Shown here: one piece after another, positions 50,375 through 64,000 of the stretch
Position numbering within the stretch: position 1 is the stretch's first letter
Layout of the letters: each line of letters begins with the position of its first letter
Assembly: GCA_013239625.1 (NCBI GenBank)
Contig: MU053504.1
Location: forward strand, 2,178,607 to 2,242,606
Length of the DNA stretch: 64,000 nucleotides
Reading direction: 5' to 3'
Origin: Lama guanicoe
Lineage: Eukaryota
Notes under the pieces: generated by a model
Seen by the model: the letters and a program-made list of their open reading frames with translations, nothing else
What the model was told of the DNA's origin: nothing
Databases searched by the model: none
Program-made: the position numbers and the translations under genes

Positions 50375-52556
50375 TAGCTTATATACAATTTACGGTAACC
50401 TTATTGTTAAAAATAATACCAATAGCAAGTAGTGGAATCATTTCCATCTCTCATGGAACTTGAATTTTCTTGAGCCAAATTAAGATTAAATGTAAATTAG
50501 TGATAGTCAGGAGGTAGCCACCTAGAGATTGTTGTATGGTTTACTTCTTGCCCATTTCAGATGAGTTGTTGAGAGTCAGAACCACTAAAAGCATAGCATT
50601 TTGTTGTTCTTTCAGTATGAAAAAATAGTGAAGCTGTGAAGCAGAGTAAGGAACTACCTGCAAGGAACAATTTCTAAAGTCTTGAACAATGATACTGAAG
50701 AATAATTTAAACAAATTAAATGTCATTTCATGTCATAAAATTGTTTCCAATCTTGCCTACCATGTAATTTTTCTTATCCCCCTCATTTGTTTCTTGGCAG
50801 GTAGGGAGTGGGGAGTGGTTTTCAGTAAAGGGCAGTGGCTCCCCTGTACAGTTGTTTTACTATCTAAAAATACAAGGAACTCTGGTCCAAAGCAGTGTTT
50901 TTTAGGACTCAGGGCGAGTCAGAGATGGTTGACAGCAGTCTCCTCTCCCCAAATGCCTTTTGATGTGCTGCTTGCTTGTTAGCCAGTCTCTGGATCATGT
51001 CTGTACACTAGGGGGCGTGCCAGTGGGCACTTGGTTTTGTTTTCATTCACTAAACACTAAGGCCTTGAGGCTAGGTCCTTTGAGGGTGGATGTCTGGGTA
51101 GATGGGAGAATTGACAGGCGAATTGGCCAAGACTCTCACCTTCAGGGTGCACTGTAGATTTAAAATATCTTCAGTGGCCATGTGTTTAATACCACCAGTG
51201 AGAATATTACAGAGATTCTGCCTTTGTCTGTGTTATTTTGCATCTTTTCTCTCCTGTGTGTCATTGTGTGGTTTGTGACCTTGTTCTCTTTGTCCTCTAT
51301 CTGCTTTCTTCCATAACTGACCATCGTAATACAAAATTGACATGAATTTTTAAACAAGGTTTTATATTCTGCTCTTGAGTTTTTCTTGGTTGTTGGTGTT
51401 CAGTGGTTTCTTTTGCACTTACGAGTAAATGGGAAAGCAGGAGGAGAGATCCCCTTACTTTGTGGTTATAGTGGACTCTGAATTGTACATGGTAGGACTC
51501 TGAATTGTGTATGCTCTGTTTCTCGGACCATGTAGATGCCTTTGGAACACACTTGAAAACCACTCAGGCTGTTACCAGAGGTTCTGTGTTGTGTTGGTAT
51601 ACAAGGAGAGATGCAGAGTGGATTCTAGGCCTTAGGAATTAGCTCTTAGGCTGTTGGTGTTTCTCATCTGTCTGCACCAGGGCTATCCTTGAAAACTGTG
51701 TGAAGGCAAGATGCCTCACAAATCCGGTTTGTGCATTAAGGGTGACTAAAATGTAATAAACCACACTGAAGTATTTTTTAAAATACTGAGTTTGTCCTTT
51801 CTATTTTTATGTGAATCAGGTTTCCTCATATTGTATTGAGTTTGCTTGTTGGTGCAACACCTACATTATGAGTGACTTGAGTTAGTGAAATTACTCGTGT
51901 ATTCAGTCATCTAACTTTATCAGTTAGGCTGGGATTCATTAGGAATAATAGCATAGCAGGACACTTCAGGATAACATCAATTACAGGAAAGCTAAAAGGG
52001 GATGGTTTGACGTACAGTGGTAGAAAACCACTTTGATTCCAGTAGGCGACCAGTGTAAAATGACTTGGCTTCAAAATGAAAATGCTGGCACTTGAGATTC
52101 AAGTGTCAGGAAGTTGGAATTGAATTTATCATGATCATGGCAGGGAGGGCATGAGCAGGTGAAATAAGGACATCGATGAACACTTCACAGGCTTGGGTTT
52201 GGTCAGAGGAGTAACTTAATATTCTTAATTAGGGATTAATTAAGGATTAAGAGGAAGTTACCTGTTAATTTCCATCTCCTGTGGATTGTTATAAATTGAG
52301 TGTAAATGTAATCAAACGGAAGTTGAGTTAAAGGAGGGGAGGACTTGCAGGGCTAAACTTAGTTATAAACAGAAATAGGTGTGTTAGTGAGTTGAGGCGT
52401 CTACATTTGTCACATACATCGAGTAGATATGCTGGTAAACATTCACATGGGTTAGAAGTTCATAGTGTAAAAAGTGAAAATTTCTTTATATCATCTCTTT
52501 AAAGTCATCACTGTTAAAAGTCTGTGTATCTTTTTAGTTTTTCTGTGCAGGTAAAC

Positions 52557-52655
52557 TTTTTTTTTTTTTTTGGAGGTACTGGGGATTGAACCCAGCCAGG
52601 TGCTTTGTATACTGAGCACATACATGCTCTGCCACTGAGCTATACCCCCACCCCC
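52557..52655 (-). mobile_element. tRNA-derived SINE with poly-T (minus-strand A-tail)
   Basis: T-run then ggaggtactggggattgaaccc..ccactgagctatacccc. Confidence 0.85.
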
Positions 52656-53403
52656 ACATGGTTTTAGAAATAGGCAAATTGGATCATATTTTATAAAATG
52701 TTTCTCAGCTTTTTTTTTTTTTTGACTAAAAACATGTCATGGAGTTCTTCCCACTTCAATTCTTAATTCAGTAAAAATCCTCTTCATTCTTAATTGCTTT
52801 ACAGTGCTCCATAATTTGAACAGTAATTTCACCATTCACTTATTAATTATTTAAATAGAATTAAGTTGATAACAATGTTTTAAATTTTGATTCTGCTGAA
52901 CTGCTTCTCCTGCCCACCCCACCGGCTGTAACTGGTTTAGATTGAAAACTTTTGCCTTTTAATTGGACATTTTCAGCCCTTTGGCTTCAGGTTATTAATA
53001 ACACAGTGTGGCCTACTTTGATACTGCTCTGTAGCCTTGAAGATGGTCTTTTGGAGGTAGAGGTTGGAGTCCTTGTGGCTCCTGCTGTGTGTCACCAGGT
53101 GCTTGCATTGCTTGGATATTTTTAGAGTCTGCTTTCTGGTAGGGCTATGACCTCAGCTATGTTCCTGCCTCATGGTTCCCGTAAGCAGACATCTTGTTAT
53201 CTGCTTGGGTTTTTGGCACATTTCTCCAGCTGCTGCAGTGGTTTGTAGGTAGAGTGTATTTGGGTCGTTGGGGGCAGAAATCTGGCTTGTTAGTTCATCC
53301 CTATGTTTGTTGTTTCCAGATCTGTTCTGTAGAACATGCACAAGTAATGTATGTCCATGAGCCCTTTTTTGGTTTGTCTGATGTAGACGGGATGTCTTAT
53401 TAA

Positions 53404-53721
<318 letters not shown>

Positions 53722-54491
53722 TAGGTCTTGTATAGAGGACATTGTTTATTATTGATATCATAATAGGTTGAAATTTAGTTTTCAGGTATTGCATTTAAGT
53801 ACATCTTTAAGAACTTGTTAAAATTATATGAAGGGTATGTTTCTCTGGGATTATACAAGCAAATATTGTTTCTCTTTGGAAATTCTGATTTCATGATCTA
53901 CTTTTCTTTCATCTCTATTGCTGAAGATTTCATTACCATAGTTTCATAGAATATCCTATCAGCAGGCCACTGAGCCCTAGTCCCTGCCCTCAGGTAGTGT
54001 ATGGTGTGCATACAGTGTAACCAGGGCTACGAGGTAGCATCTATAAGGGAAAGGCAAGGCAAGATCCCAGCTTTGAAAGCGGCCTAAAGTTTACATGTAT
54101 ACACACATGCATGTGGTCGGGATATGTGAGGTCTAGAACTTGAGCTACTGAGCAGTAGAAAAATGACTGGGAGAGGGTAGCCCAAAAAGGGAGAATTAGG
54201 TGGCAGATGAGAATTGAATACCTTTTGGTTCAAAGATGACAAATCACTTGAGGAAAAACAGGTGGGTGTTGGCATAAACAAGTTTTATTTTTTTAATTTT
54301 TATTTTTTTAAACAAGTTCGAGTTAAAGGATAAGAGGAGTACTTTTGGGAGAGAAAGCACATTCATAGATGAGTTCTAGTCAGGGAGAGGGGCTGATGAC
54401 CCAGGGTGACGAGATGCTTGGTTGGGGATGGCTTGGTGCTTGCACTTGGAGAGAGAAAGGAAGGAGGTGCCCTCATGGCCCTGGGTATGGT

Positions 54492-54575
54492 GGGCTGATC
54501 TGCACCTGAGGTTCCTCCTACTCCGCAGGTATTGCGGGCTGATCTGCACCTGAGGTTCCTCCTACTCCGCAGGTA
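54492..54575 (+). repeat. Tandem duplication, period 44 bp, two identical 40-bp copies
   Basis: gggctgatctgcacctgaggttcctcctactccgcaggta at 54492-54531 and 54536-54575. Confidence 0.95.
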
Positions 54576-54778
54576 ATCCATACTGCATTGAGGACGCGGG
54601 CAGGGAGGCAGGTCCTGTGTTTTGCCACTTTGCTGGCTCACATGAATATGTCTCTTCAAGGTGTCTGTTAGGCACTCCATGTTTATGTTTTCACAGACTT
54701 GTTTCCTATTGGTGGCATCTGCACGACTGGGTTGGGGCAAGAGTAGGTAGATATATGAATATGGTTTGGGGTTCATAA

Positions 54779-55018
<240 letters not shown>

Positions 55019-55089
55019 TAAGGGAAAGGGTGTGTGTACTCTAAGAAATACAGGGCTAAAGCATTAACTATTGGGTGTATCCTTTACCT

Positions 55090-56830
55090 TTTAAATAGCT
55101 TTATGTACTATAAAGCCACCTGTTTAGAGTATATGATTTAGCAGTTTCTGGTATATTTATAGAATTTTGCAGCCATCTCCATAATCTAGTTTTCAAAAGT
55201 TTTCATCACCCCAGAAAGAAACTTTATGTACGTCAGCTGTCACTCCCCATTCCCCCACCCCTAGTCCCCAGTAGACACTAGTCTGTTTTCTGTCTCTATG
55301 TGGTATCACACAACATGTGATTTTTATGACTGGCTTCTTTCAATTAGCATAATGTTTTCAGTGTTCATCTATGTTGTAACATGAATCAGTACTTTGTTCC
55401 TTTTTATTGCTGAATAATATTCTTTTGTGTGGATATACAACATTTTATTTATCCATTTATCAGTTGATAAACATTTAGGTTGTTTCATCTCTTTGGTTAT
55501 TATGAATAATGGTGCTGTAAACATTGAAGAACAAGTCTTTGTGTGGACACGTGTTTCTGGTTCTCTTGGTTATATACCTAGGAGTGGAATTGCTGGATCA
55601 TAGGGTAACTGTTTAATCTTTTGAGTAACTGTCAGACTTTCCAAAGTGGCTGTACCATTTTACAATCCCACCAACAGTATATAAGAGTTTAAAATTTTCT
55701 GCATCCTTGCTAGTACTTATTATTGTCTGTCTTTAGTTTTAACTGCTTTAATAAATGTAGAGTGATTTCTTATTTTGGTTTTGATTTGCATTCCCTGAAA
55801 ACTAATGATGTTGAACATCTTTTCATGTACTTGTTGGCTCTTTTGTCTTTCTTTGGAGAAATGTCTATTCAAGTCTGTTGCTGATGTTTTTCGTTGGATT
55901 ATTTGTCTTTTTATTACTGAATTGTAAAAATTCTTACATGTTGTGCATATAAGTCCTTTATCAGGATATAATTTGTAAATTTTTTCTCCCATTCTGTTGG
56001 TTGTCTTTTCACTTCCTCAATGGTGGCCTTTGTAGCACAGAAATTCTACATTTTGATGAAGTGATTTGTGGCTACTCTTTCATCACTTGTGCTTTTGGTG
56101 TTACATATAAGAAACCATTGCCTCACCTAAGATCATGAAGGTTTACTTCTGCATTTTCTTCTAAGCATTTTATATTTCTGGCTCTTACATTTAGGTCTGT
56201 AATTCATTTTGAGTTAATTGGTGTGAGGTAGAGTTCCAAATTCATTCTTTTGCGTATGGATATATAGTTGTCCCAGCACCATTTGTTGGGTAGACTTATT
56301 TCCCCTTTGAATTCTCTCGGCCCCTTTGTTGTAAATCACTTGACCATAAATGTATGGGTATATTTCTGGGCTCTCAGTTCTATTCCATTGATCTGTATTT
56401 CTGTCCTTACGCCAGTACCACACTCCCTTGATCACTGGAGCTTTGTAACACTAAGTTTTGAAATTGAGAAGAGTGAGTCCTTTGACTTGTTCTTCTTTTT
56501 CAAGATTGTTTTGGCTAGTCTGGGTCCCTTGACATTCCATATGAATTTTAGGATCAGCTTGTCAATATGTGCACCAAAAGGCAAGTGAGATTTTGATAGA
56601 GATTGTGTTGAATCTGTAAGATCACTTTGGAGAGTACTGCCATTCTGACCTATCAGTTCTTCTGACCCAAGAAGATAGAATGGCTTTCCATTTAGATCTT
56701 TACTTTCTTTCACCAGTGTCTTGTGGCTTTCAGTGTACAGATGTTATTCTTTGGTTAAATAAGTAGTTTATTCTCTTTGATGCTGCTGTAAATGGAATTG
56801 TTTTCTTAATTTCATTTTTGGATTGTTTGG
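55090..56830 (-). mobile_element. L1 3' portion in PANK2 intron 4
   Basis: Minus-strand ORF fragments IKGVWYWRKDRNTDQWNRTESPEI and IDKLILKFIWNVKGPRLAKTILKKKNK are L1 ORF2 C-terminal sequence. Confidence 0.9.
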
Positions 56831-57470
56831 AAATACAGTTTTGTGTGTGTGTTTTGGGGGACATGTTTTTTTCCCATAATAATAGAAAAAGCCCTCATAT
56901 ATACATGCGTGTTTACTAATTTTAGGCACTTTGTGAATGCTGGAGATTTCATTTTCTGTTTGTGTGGCATTTGCTCATTGATAATCACTTCCTTTTCTGA
57001 TTAGTTGGGTTTGTGTTCAGGTCACAACTATTAATACATCAATTCTGTTGGTTCAGTTTCTTTGAAATACTTGATCTAATAGGGAGATCTGAAACTCTGA
57101 AGTAGTATACTCTTGGAACTCAGCTGTCTGTACTTTGCTTTGCTTAGATAAAGCAGCTTGCGAGATGTGAATGTGACGATTCAGGTGAGTGGCACAGCTT
57201 TGTAGTTGGGGGCGAATTGTTAATTGAGGTGTCCTGAACTTAGCCGGTTGCCGGAGCATGGTGCCTTACAGTGGGTCTGAATGTGCAGCTATATGATGTC
57301 AAAGCTAGATTTCACTGGAAACCGCAGAGAATATTATTTGATCAGAGTGCTTGAGTTCTTGAAGTTGTATTTCTCTTTGAACAGATGCTCTGTTGTTTTG
57401 TAATAAAAAGTTGGAAGAGTTGAACAATGTTGCCCTGAAAGTCACTTTTATTTTAATAAAGTAACACTGA

Positions 57471-57677
<207 letters not shown>

Positions 57678-58089
57678 TAGTTGCTCTGAGGAAAATACAG
57701 AATTTACTGTGTGGGCCCCACCTTGTATGCAACGTTCTGTCTTCTCCAAACAGTGCCTAAATGTAGTTGTAAATAGTGCAGTTTGCTACATTGGCAAAGT
57801 TAAAACTTTTCACGTGTAGCTTAATAATCTTAATTGATTTTTTTCCCTTACTAAAGGTAAACACTGCTGTTACCTAGAGGTAGAGGAGAGAGTAGAGGGT
57901 GGTAGGGAAGGGAGCCAGTGTTGCAGTGACGGGACTGCTGGGCGGTGGCGGTGGGTGGCAATGCTGAGTCCCAGCGCTGCGCACTATTGAGCTCGCTGGG
58001 AAGGAATGCAGAGAAAGGCACTGAAGCTGGGCGAAGACCGAGTGGGCCGAGAAATGTCCCCGCCCCCTTCTACTGCAGCAGAGCTGTCT

Positions 58090-58167
58090 TTGTGCTTTCA
58101 GCTTCTTTACAGTGCTGCCTTGTAGCATTCAGGTCAAGCAGCATTGTACAGGGCTATGAAAGAACTG
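58090..58167 (+). ncRNA. MIR103A2: pre-miR-103-2 hairpin; mature miR-103-3p at 58137-58159, 5p arm at 58100-58122
   Basis: Exact AGCAGCATTGTACAGGGCTATGA with complementary arm AGCTTCTTTACAGTGCTGCCTTG; lies in PANK2 intron 5, as established for miR-103/107 in PANK genes. Confidence 0.98.
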
Positions 58168-59212
58168 AGAATGGCCTTCCCTGGGGCATCCAGTTGGTGC
58201 AGCTTTATAGCGTGTCCCTATTTATACACTTTTGTTTAAAATAGATAATATAGGCATGTGACTTTAAAGGAAACCTCAAAAGGTACAAAAGGATTGTCTC
58301 ATTTTTAATTCAAAAGATACTGTATCAGCATCAAGTAACTAAACATCTTTTATTTGAATATTTGAACACCTGTTTTCTTTATTGCATGTTCCTTTTCCTG
58401 TGCTTATGTATTTTAAGGTATTTTAGTTGGTGTACATACCATTTTATGTTTCTCACTTAAATATTTTAAATTGTCTCGCTATGTATTTGATTTTTATACC
58501 GTAAGTCATTCATGTAGAGCTGGGCATTTGGTGGGTTGCCAGTGATAGCTTTGCAGTAAAGCATTTCTAAGTATGGAGTTATTCCTTGGATGAATTTATT
58601 CTTGGTAAGGGACTTACTCAGAAGTGAGATTTCTTATCTACAGAATGTGGTCATGTTTATGAATCTTGATAGGTATTGCCAAGATGCTTTGTACAAGAGC
58701 TGCACCAATTTAAATCATTTTTAGCAATGAATGAGTGGATCAGTTTTATCACAATTTGACTAATACTGGGGGTAGAATTTCAGTTAGTTGTTTTGCTAAC
58801 TTTTAATGGATCTAAAATTTTACTTTCTTTGATCACTTAGGTTGAATTTTTTCTTTTCTGTGATATTTTTGTATAATTTGTCTATTTGCGTTATTTCCTT
58901 TGAATTGGATCTTGCTTTTTTTATTTATCTGTATAAAACTTTTTGTTTAATAGTAGTTGTTGTTTGCCATGTTTAATTCAAATGCTTTTCCCAGTCTGTT
59001 TTCTCCTGTGACGTTTTCTGGCATGGTTTGAAGTGGGTCTTGAGTTGTCTGGGGATCAAATTTAAGTAGTCCTGGATCAACTGAATTAAATGTAAATACT
59101 ACTTTTTTCATCAGCAATCAACTTGCTGCTAAAAACTTTGTACATGGTACACTCTTTGGGGTAACTTTTACGAGAGAACAAATTAAGATGAAAACTAATT
59201 GCCTTTTTTTGA

Positions 59213-59494
<282 letters not shown>

Positions 59495-62246
59495 TGATTT
59501 AATGTAAGGTAGATTTTTGGTTAATTTAATTGTGAGCTTCAGCAATTTTGGAGAAGGAAGTCTTGATGAACAGCTGTATTCCTGATGCCATGTTCTTTTC
59601 TGAACCCTCCTTTATACTTTCCCCATTGCAGTTTGCACTTTGTAAATGTGCTTACTCTGAATTCTCCTTTTTTCATTTTTGGGTGTCGGTTTTTATGTGT
59701 TGATTAGTTTATATGTCCATTTATTTAAGATGTATGTTCTAATAGATCAGTAAAAAAATATTCCAGGATTAGAACCACACTGTCATAAGAACTTAGCACA
59801 TAGGCAGGCTAGAGATGACAGAATGGAAAAGAATCATTGAGTTGCTCAACCTGTTTTTCATTTTGAGGGACAATAGAACCAGAGCTGTGGAAGGGGCTTT
59901 CTCTTTCCTCCCCTTGGTTGTGGGGCAGTCAGACTCTTTTAAATGTTGCTGGATTGTAGATGGTGTTAAACTATCATGAACATTTTCCACAATTGTATGT
60001 GCTTATTTACTTTAACGTGTTTATATAAGTTGACAGAAGTCAGAGTAGGATTTGAAGTGACACAGAGAGGTTGCTTTTTCCTTAAAAGTTGCTCTAAGTT
60101 TTTCTTTTTCAGTCGCTTAAGTTCATAGTTAAAACCCAAAGTGTGTAAATTCACCATAAAAAGCTTAAAGTTTAAGTCATCTAACTTTTTTTTAACCTCT
60201 AATGTTATTATATTAGTAAATCAGTACTGAATTATCATTGTTTCTTATAGCTTTTACATACATCTTGCTTTTTGTGATTTTTGACCTGTTTTGTTTTGCT
60301 TAATACTAGAATAAAAAGAAGCCCTGTTTAATGTTACGTCTTAGTATAACCTGCGTCCTGCTGAGTTTCTACCTCTTGTTGGACCTTTTTCTAGCCAGAA
60401 CGTGGAGGCTAGTTTCTTAGTTTAACTTTATTTTTTAACTTACATTTTTATATCATAATAGTTATGACATGAACCCTTAATGAAATTTTGTGTTTACATT
60501 TTGTCATTCTTAGGTCCTGCCCTCTGGTTAGCACTGTTTTTCATTTATATTCAGGCCTGTGACTCTAGTGTTGATCTCTGCACTTGTGGAACTCTGATTA
60601 TTTTAGACTAAGTCATAACATACTCTCCTGCCCTCACACTGAAGTCAGCATAACTATCATGAGAGCTTTGTATAGATTCTACTCAAGCCTTTCTCTTGTC
60701 CTTCATGCTTCTTGGCTTATAGCAACCTGTCTGCCTTTTTACTGGATGGTAGGTTCTGGGTCTTCAGTGGCACTCAGTGTAGTGGTTAACTTTCTCTCTT
60801 CTTTTTTGTTGTGAAATAAAACCCAGCTACAGAAAACCACATAAAGTGTGTAGCCAACTGCTGTATTGTGAACACCCTTGAACTCTGTCCTCTGGACGTG
60901 ATTGGGGGTTTCTGAGCGCTGTGGGTCTTGCCCAGCTGTGTCCCTCCTGCAGTTTCTGGCCTTTTCTTATAACACATCCGCGTGGCTGCTTATTTTTAAA
61001 ACCAAGAAATAGAGTGAAAGGGCAGGCTTCAGCCTCTCTGGTGTGTGGCTGCGTGTTTTTTGGAGAAGCTTTTCTTGGAAAATATATTGGAGCTTTGTTA
61101 TTTGATATTTCCGAGTCTTCAGGTACATTCTTGTAATCCACAGCAAATCTTCGGGATCTTCCCATTTCCTTTTTCAGTCATTTCTTAAAGTACTTTACTA
61201 TCTGATCTCATCCTTTGGAGACCTTGATGGATTCTGAATCATTGTAGGCTTATTCTGATTCCTGCTGGCTTTCTCTTTCTGCCAGTATGGGTTTTGTCTT
61301 CTTTTCTATTTAATCCTTGTTTTGGTTTGTCTTTGGGTTGTTGTGTCTTGGTTGTATTTGACTGTGACCGCTTATTTCAGGAGGTGGTCCAGCATTGTCT
61401 TTCTTCCACTGCTGCCTCTGTCTCGTGCTTCTGTCCTCTCCTCAGGTGCTTGTGTTGGTCTTCGGATGTTGCTCTTCCGTCCTCGTCCTTCTCTGCATGT
61501 TGCCTTAGGGTTCTGTTGTCCCCTCCTCTGCTGCCTGCCTCTGCCAGTGCTGTCCTGCCTTCTGCTCAGCTCCGGATCCGGACGTCCTGTCACCACCTGG
61601 ATGCGGCTGCCCAGCTGCCCGGCGCACTTGGCTTTGCATGTCCTGTGTGGAGCCCGTTCCCTTGCTCTTCACATCTCTTGTTCCTGTGTCCTCGTTCTCA
61701 GGGGTGATGGCACCAGATGCGTGGGAGGGCCCTAAACCTCCCTACTGCCCCCCGCTTCTTCTGGCAAGTCTTAAACCCATCCCACCCCCCTCTTTCCCTA
61801 CTTCTTGCTCTCCTTCCCACCCCCAACCAGCTAGGCCCTCACCTTCTGTGACCTGCCCCCACTTCCGCTTCACTGCACTTCATGTGTCATCCTCCCCTCA
61901 TCCCATAGTTGTCTGGAAATGCTCCAGCCCCTGCAGCTTCTTACTTCCTCATTCCCCAGGAGACAGTCAGGTGCCGTCTCTTTCCAGAGGTCACTGGGCT
62001 GCTGCGGGCCTCATAGCTCGGGGGTTCTGGTCTGACGTGCCAGAGTGTCTGGTACGGTTAACCCGCCCCCCTGGCCTGGGGGCTCCTGGAGCAGCTCTGC
62101 TCCCAGGCTGGCCTTGGGCTCAGCAATATGGGTGTCAGGAATTAAGAGCTGTGCTGGCTTTAATGCTGGTAATCGTATTTATGGTCATTTAAATAGTTCT
62201 AAGGAGAATCGCTCTTATTTTTCTTTTTTCTTCTTCTTTTTTGCAG

Positions 62247-62297
62247 GGTTATTTTGGAGCTGTTGGAGCACTCCTTGAGCTATTGAAGATTCCCTGA
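62247..62297 (+). CDS. PANK2: PANK2 exon 7 (terminal coding part)
   Basis: Long pyrimidine tract then ttgcAG; GYFGAVGALLELLKIP then TGA. Confidence 0.97.
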   Translation, partial: GYFGAVGALLELLKIP

Positions 62298-64000
62298 TAG
62301 CTACCTGGGGAGGGGTTCCTGGAACCTTCCATGATGGGATCTGTGGACCTTTGTTTTTTTAAGAGACTTACTCAGTTTTATGATTGTGTACTACCTGAAT
62401 CAAAGCGAGAAAGGACAAGTGTATTTTTCTAAGTCATCAAGATAAATCCTTAAAAATTCAGTCTGAACTAATAACCAGTAAGGAAAGATACATATTAAAA
62501 AATGCGGACCATGTCCATGTTGGTGAGGATTCGCTGTATTTAAGTTGCCCTTCAGTATGGCTTTGTTCAACTTGCTGTGTATTTTTGAAATTCAGCATTA
62601 CTCGGTGGAGCCACTTCAGGGGGAGAGCTGTTCTGTGCTGAGCTGGCTGTGGTTTTGTGTCCTGTTGAACTTCCTAAATGTAAGGCAAGCTGCTGTGTAT
62701 TGTAATCTAATCTAATCACAGTTTTGTCAGTATGGCTTTGGAGATCATCTTCTGTGCATTCATTCTGGTGTGCATTTAGCCTGTGTGAACATATTGAAAA
62801 ACATGTTTTGTTTCAAGGTTCTGCAAACTTACTGGAAAGGTTAATTCTGTACCTGAAACTTTGAACAATGAGGCAATTTTTGGAAGGTATTTCCAGATTG
62901 TTTACATTGTAGATCCTGTTTCCTTGGGTAGTGGGGGGATTACTGACGTGTTGGAAGTAAGCTAGTAGAAAAGGCACATCTGGAAGACTGAAAGCAGACA
63001 CAGGGCTACATCTTTTCAAGGAACAGGGGCAGGGGCGGAATCTGGTTATATCTGGCTGGTAGAAAGGGAGGAATTGGGGTGTCCATTGACTAACTCATGG
63101 GGAGCAGGCCGGGGCTCTCCTGATTTCCTTCCACTCCTGCCTTGTGCTTGCTGGGACCTGCCTTGGCAGGCTGGCTCAGTTGGATCCCCAGTGTCGGGGG
63201 CTGTATGTGGGAGGCTCAAAAGGCAGCTTGAGGACAGATGGGGTCTTGGTAGAGGTTGACTTTGAACCTTTTTTTTTCTGCTGTGCAGAATAATTTGAAA
63301 AACATTCTCCTTGGAGATAGAGCAACATTTGTATCTTATTTTTTGTATTATTTGGTTCCTACATCCCTGTTGGAGGCAATGAAGGTCTGTATAAGGCAGT
63401 CTTTGAACTAGAATGAAACCCCAGGGCTCTGTGGCCTCTTTGTGCCCCTTGGTTTCAGGTGAGATTGGCCTGGGAGGGACTGGATGGGAGGCAAGGTTCC
63501 AAGGGACAGAGGTGTGCAGGAGGGTAGGGCTGGTTGTCAAGGGAGGAGGGGCGGGCTTCGGCAGCGTGGGGACAACAGAGGCTTGCCTGTTGTGAGAGCT
63601 ATGGTCCACCCTCTTGCAGGAAGGGCAGAGCCGGGGTGGGGTCAGCCCAGTGCCATTTCCCAAGGGTGACCGCCCTTGCACACTTTTCTGAATTTGTGGG
63701 TTGTGGGTGCTGTTGGCTGGTGCAGGCCACATTGCTGGAGTGACACTGGGTTGGATGGGAATTGTGGTCCCTGGTGGTGATCAGCCTCCTCTGCTGTTGC
63801 CTCTCCTCCTGGGCCTCAGCCTGAGCCACCTCCAATCCTGTCCTTCTGCTCTTCTGCCCTCGGCTGCTTCCAGCCATGTGCTTGGTGGCCTCAACTTTCC
63901 CCTACAGCTGCCAAAGTCAGCACCGCCGCCCACTCATTGGTACCACAGTCATGCCTCCCCAGCCCCTCGTGCCCCAGGCTTCCTCCCAGCGTCCTCTAGG

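Noticed and set aside
54492..54575. Repeat-spacer-repeat resembling a CRISPR array
   Set aside because: Only two copies with a 4-bp gap, in a eukaryotic intron with no cas genes.
63046..63732. 228-aa minus-strand ORF, possibly from the neighbouring RNF24 gene
   Set aside because: No RING motif or recognisable homology. The region may be 3' UTR sequence, but that cannot be shown from this window.

Overview
Mammalian genomic DNA, most likely camelid (inferred from the tRNA-derived SINE family). It contains two complete + strand spliced genes in the same order as human 20p13. MAVS has a non-coding exon 1 and six coding exons (14488-21816, 522 aa). PANK2 has seven exons (38416-62297, 470 aa if started at the conserved CUG), with the miR-103-2 hairpin in intron 5. 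The rest is introns and intergenic DNA rich in L1, MaLR LTR, MIR, MER and SINE relics. I found no new multi-gene system. The notable signals are lineage-specific changes. In MAVS, the miniMAVS start codon (human Met142) is ATT although the overlapping uORF is kept, and the first TRAF6 motif and two viral-protease sites are lost. In PANK2, the human mitochondrial leader has a colinear 110-codon counterpart with no ATG and an in-frame stop, sitting over CCAAT boxes. PANK2 also carries an Ala-Ser repeat expansion and a 44-bp intronic duplication that could create a poison exon. Comparisons with human proteins are from recalled sequences and need confirming by alignment. Repeat family names are by eye.
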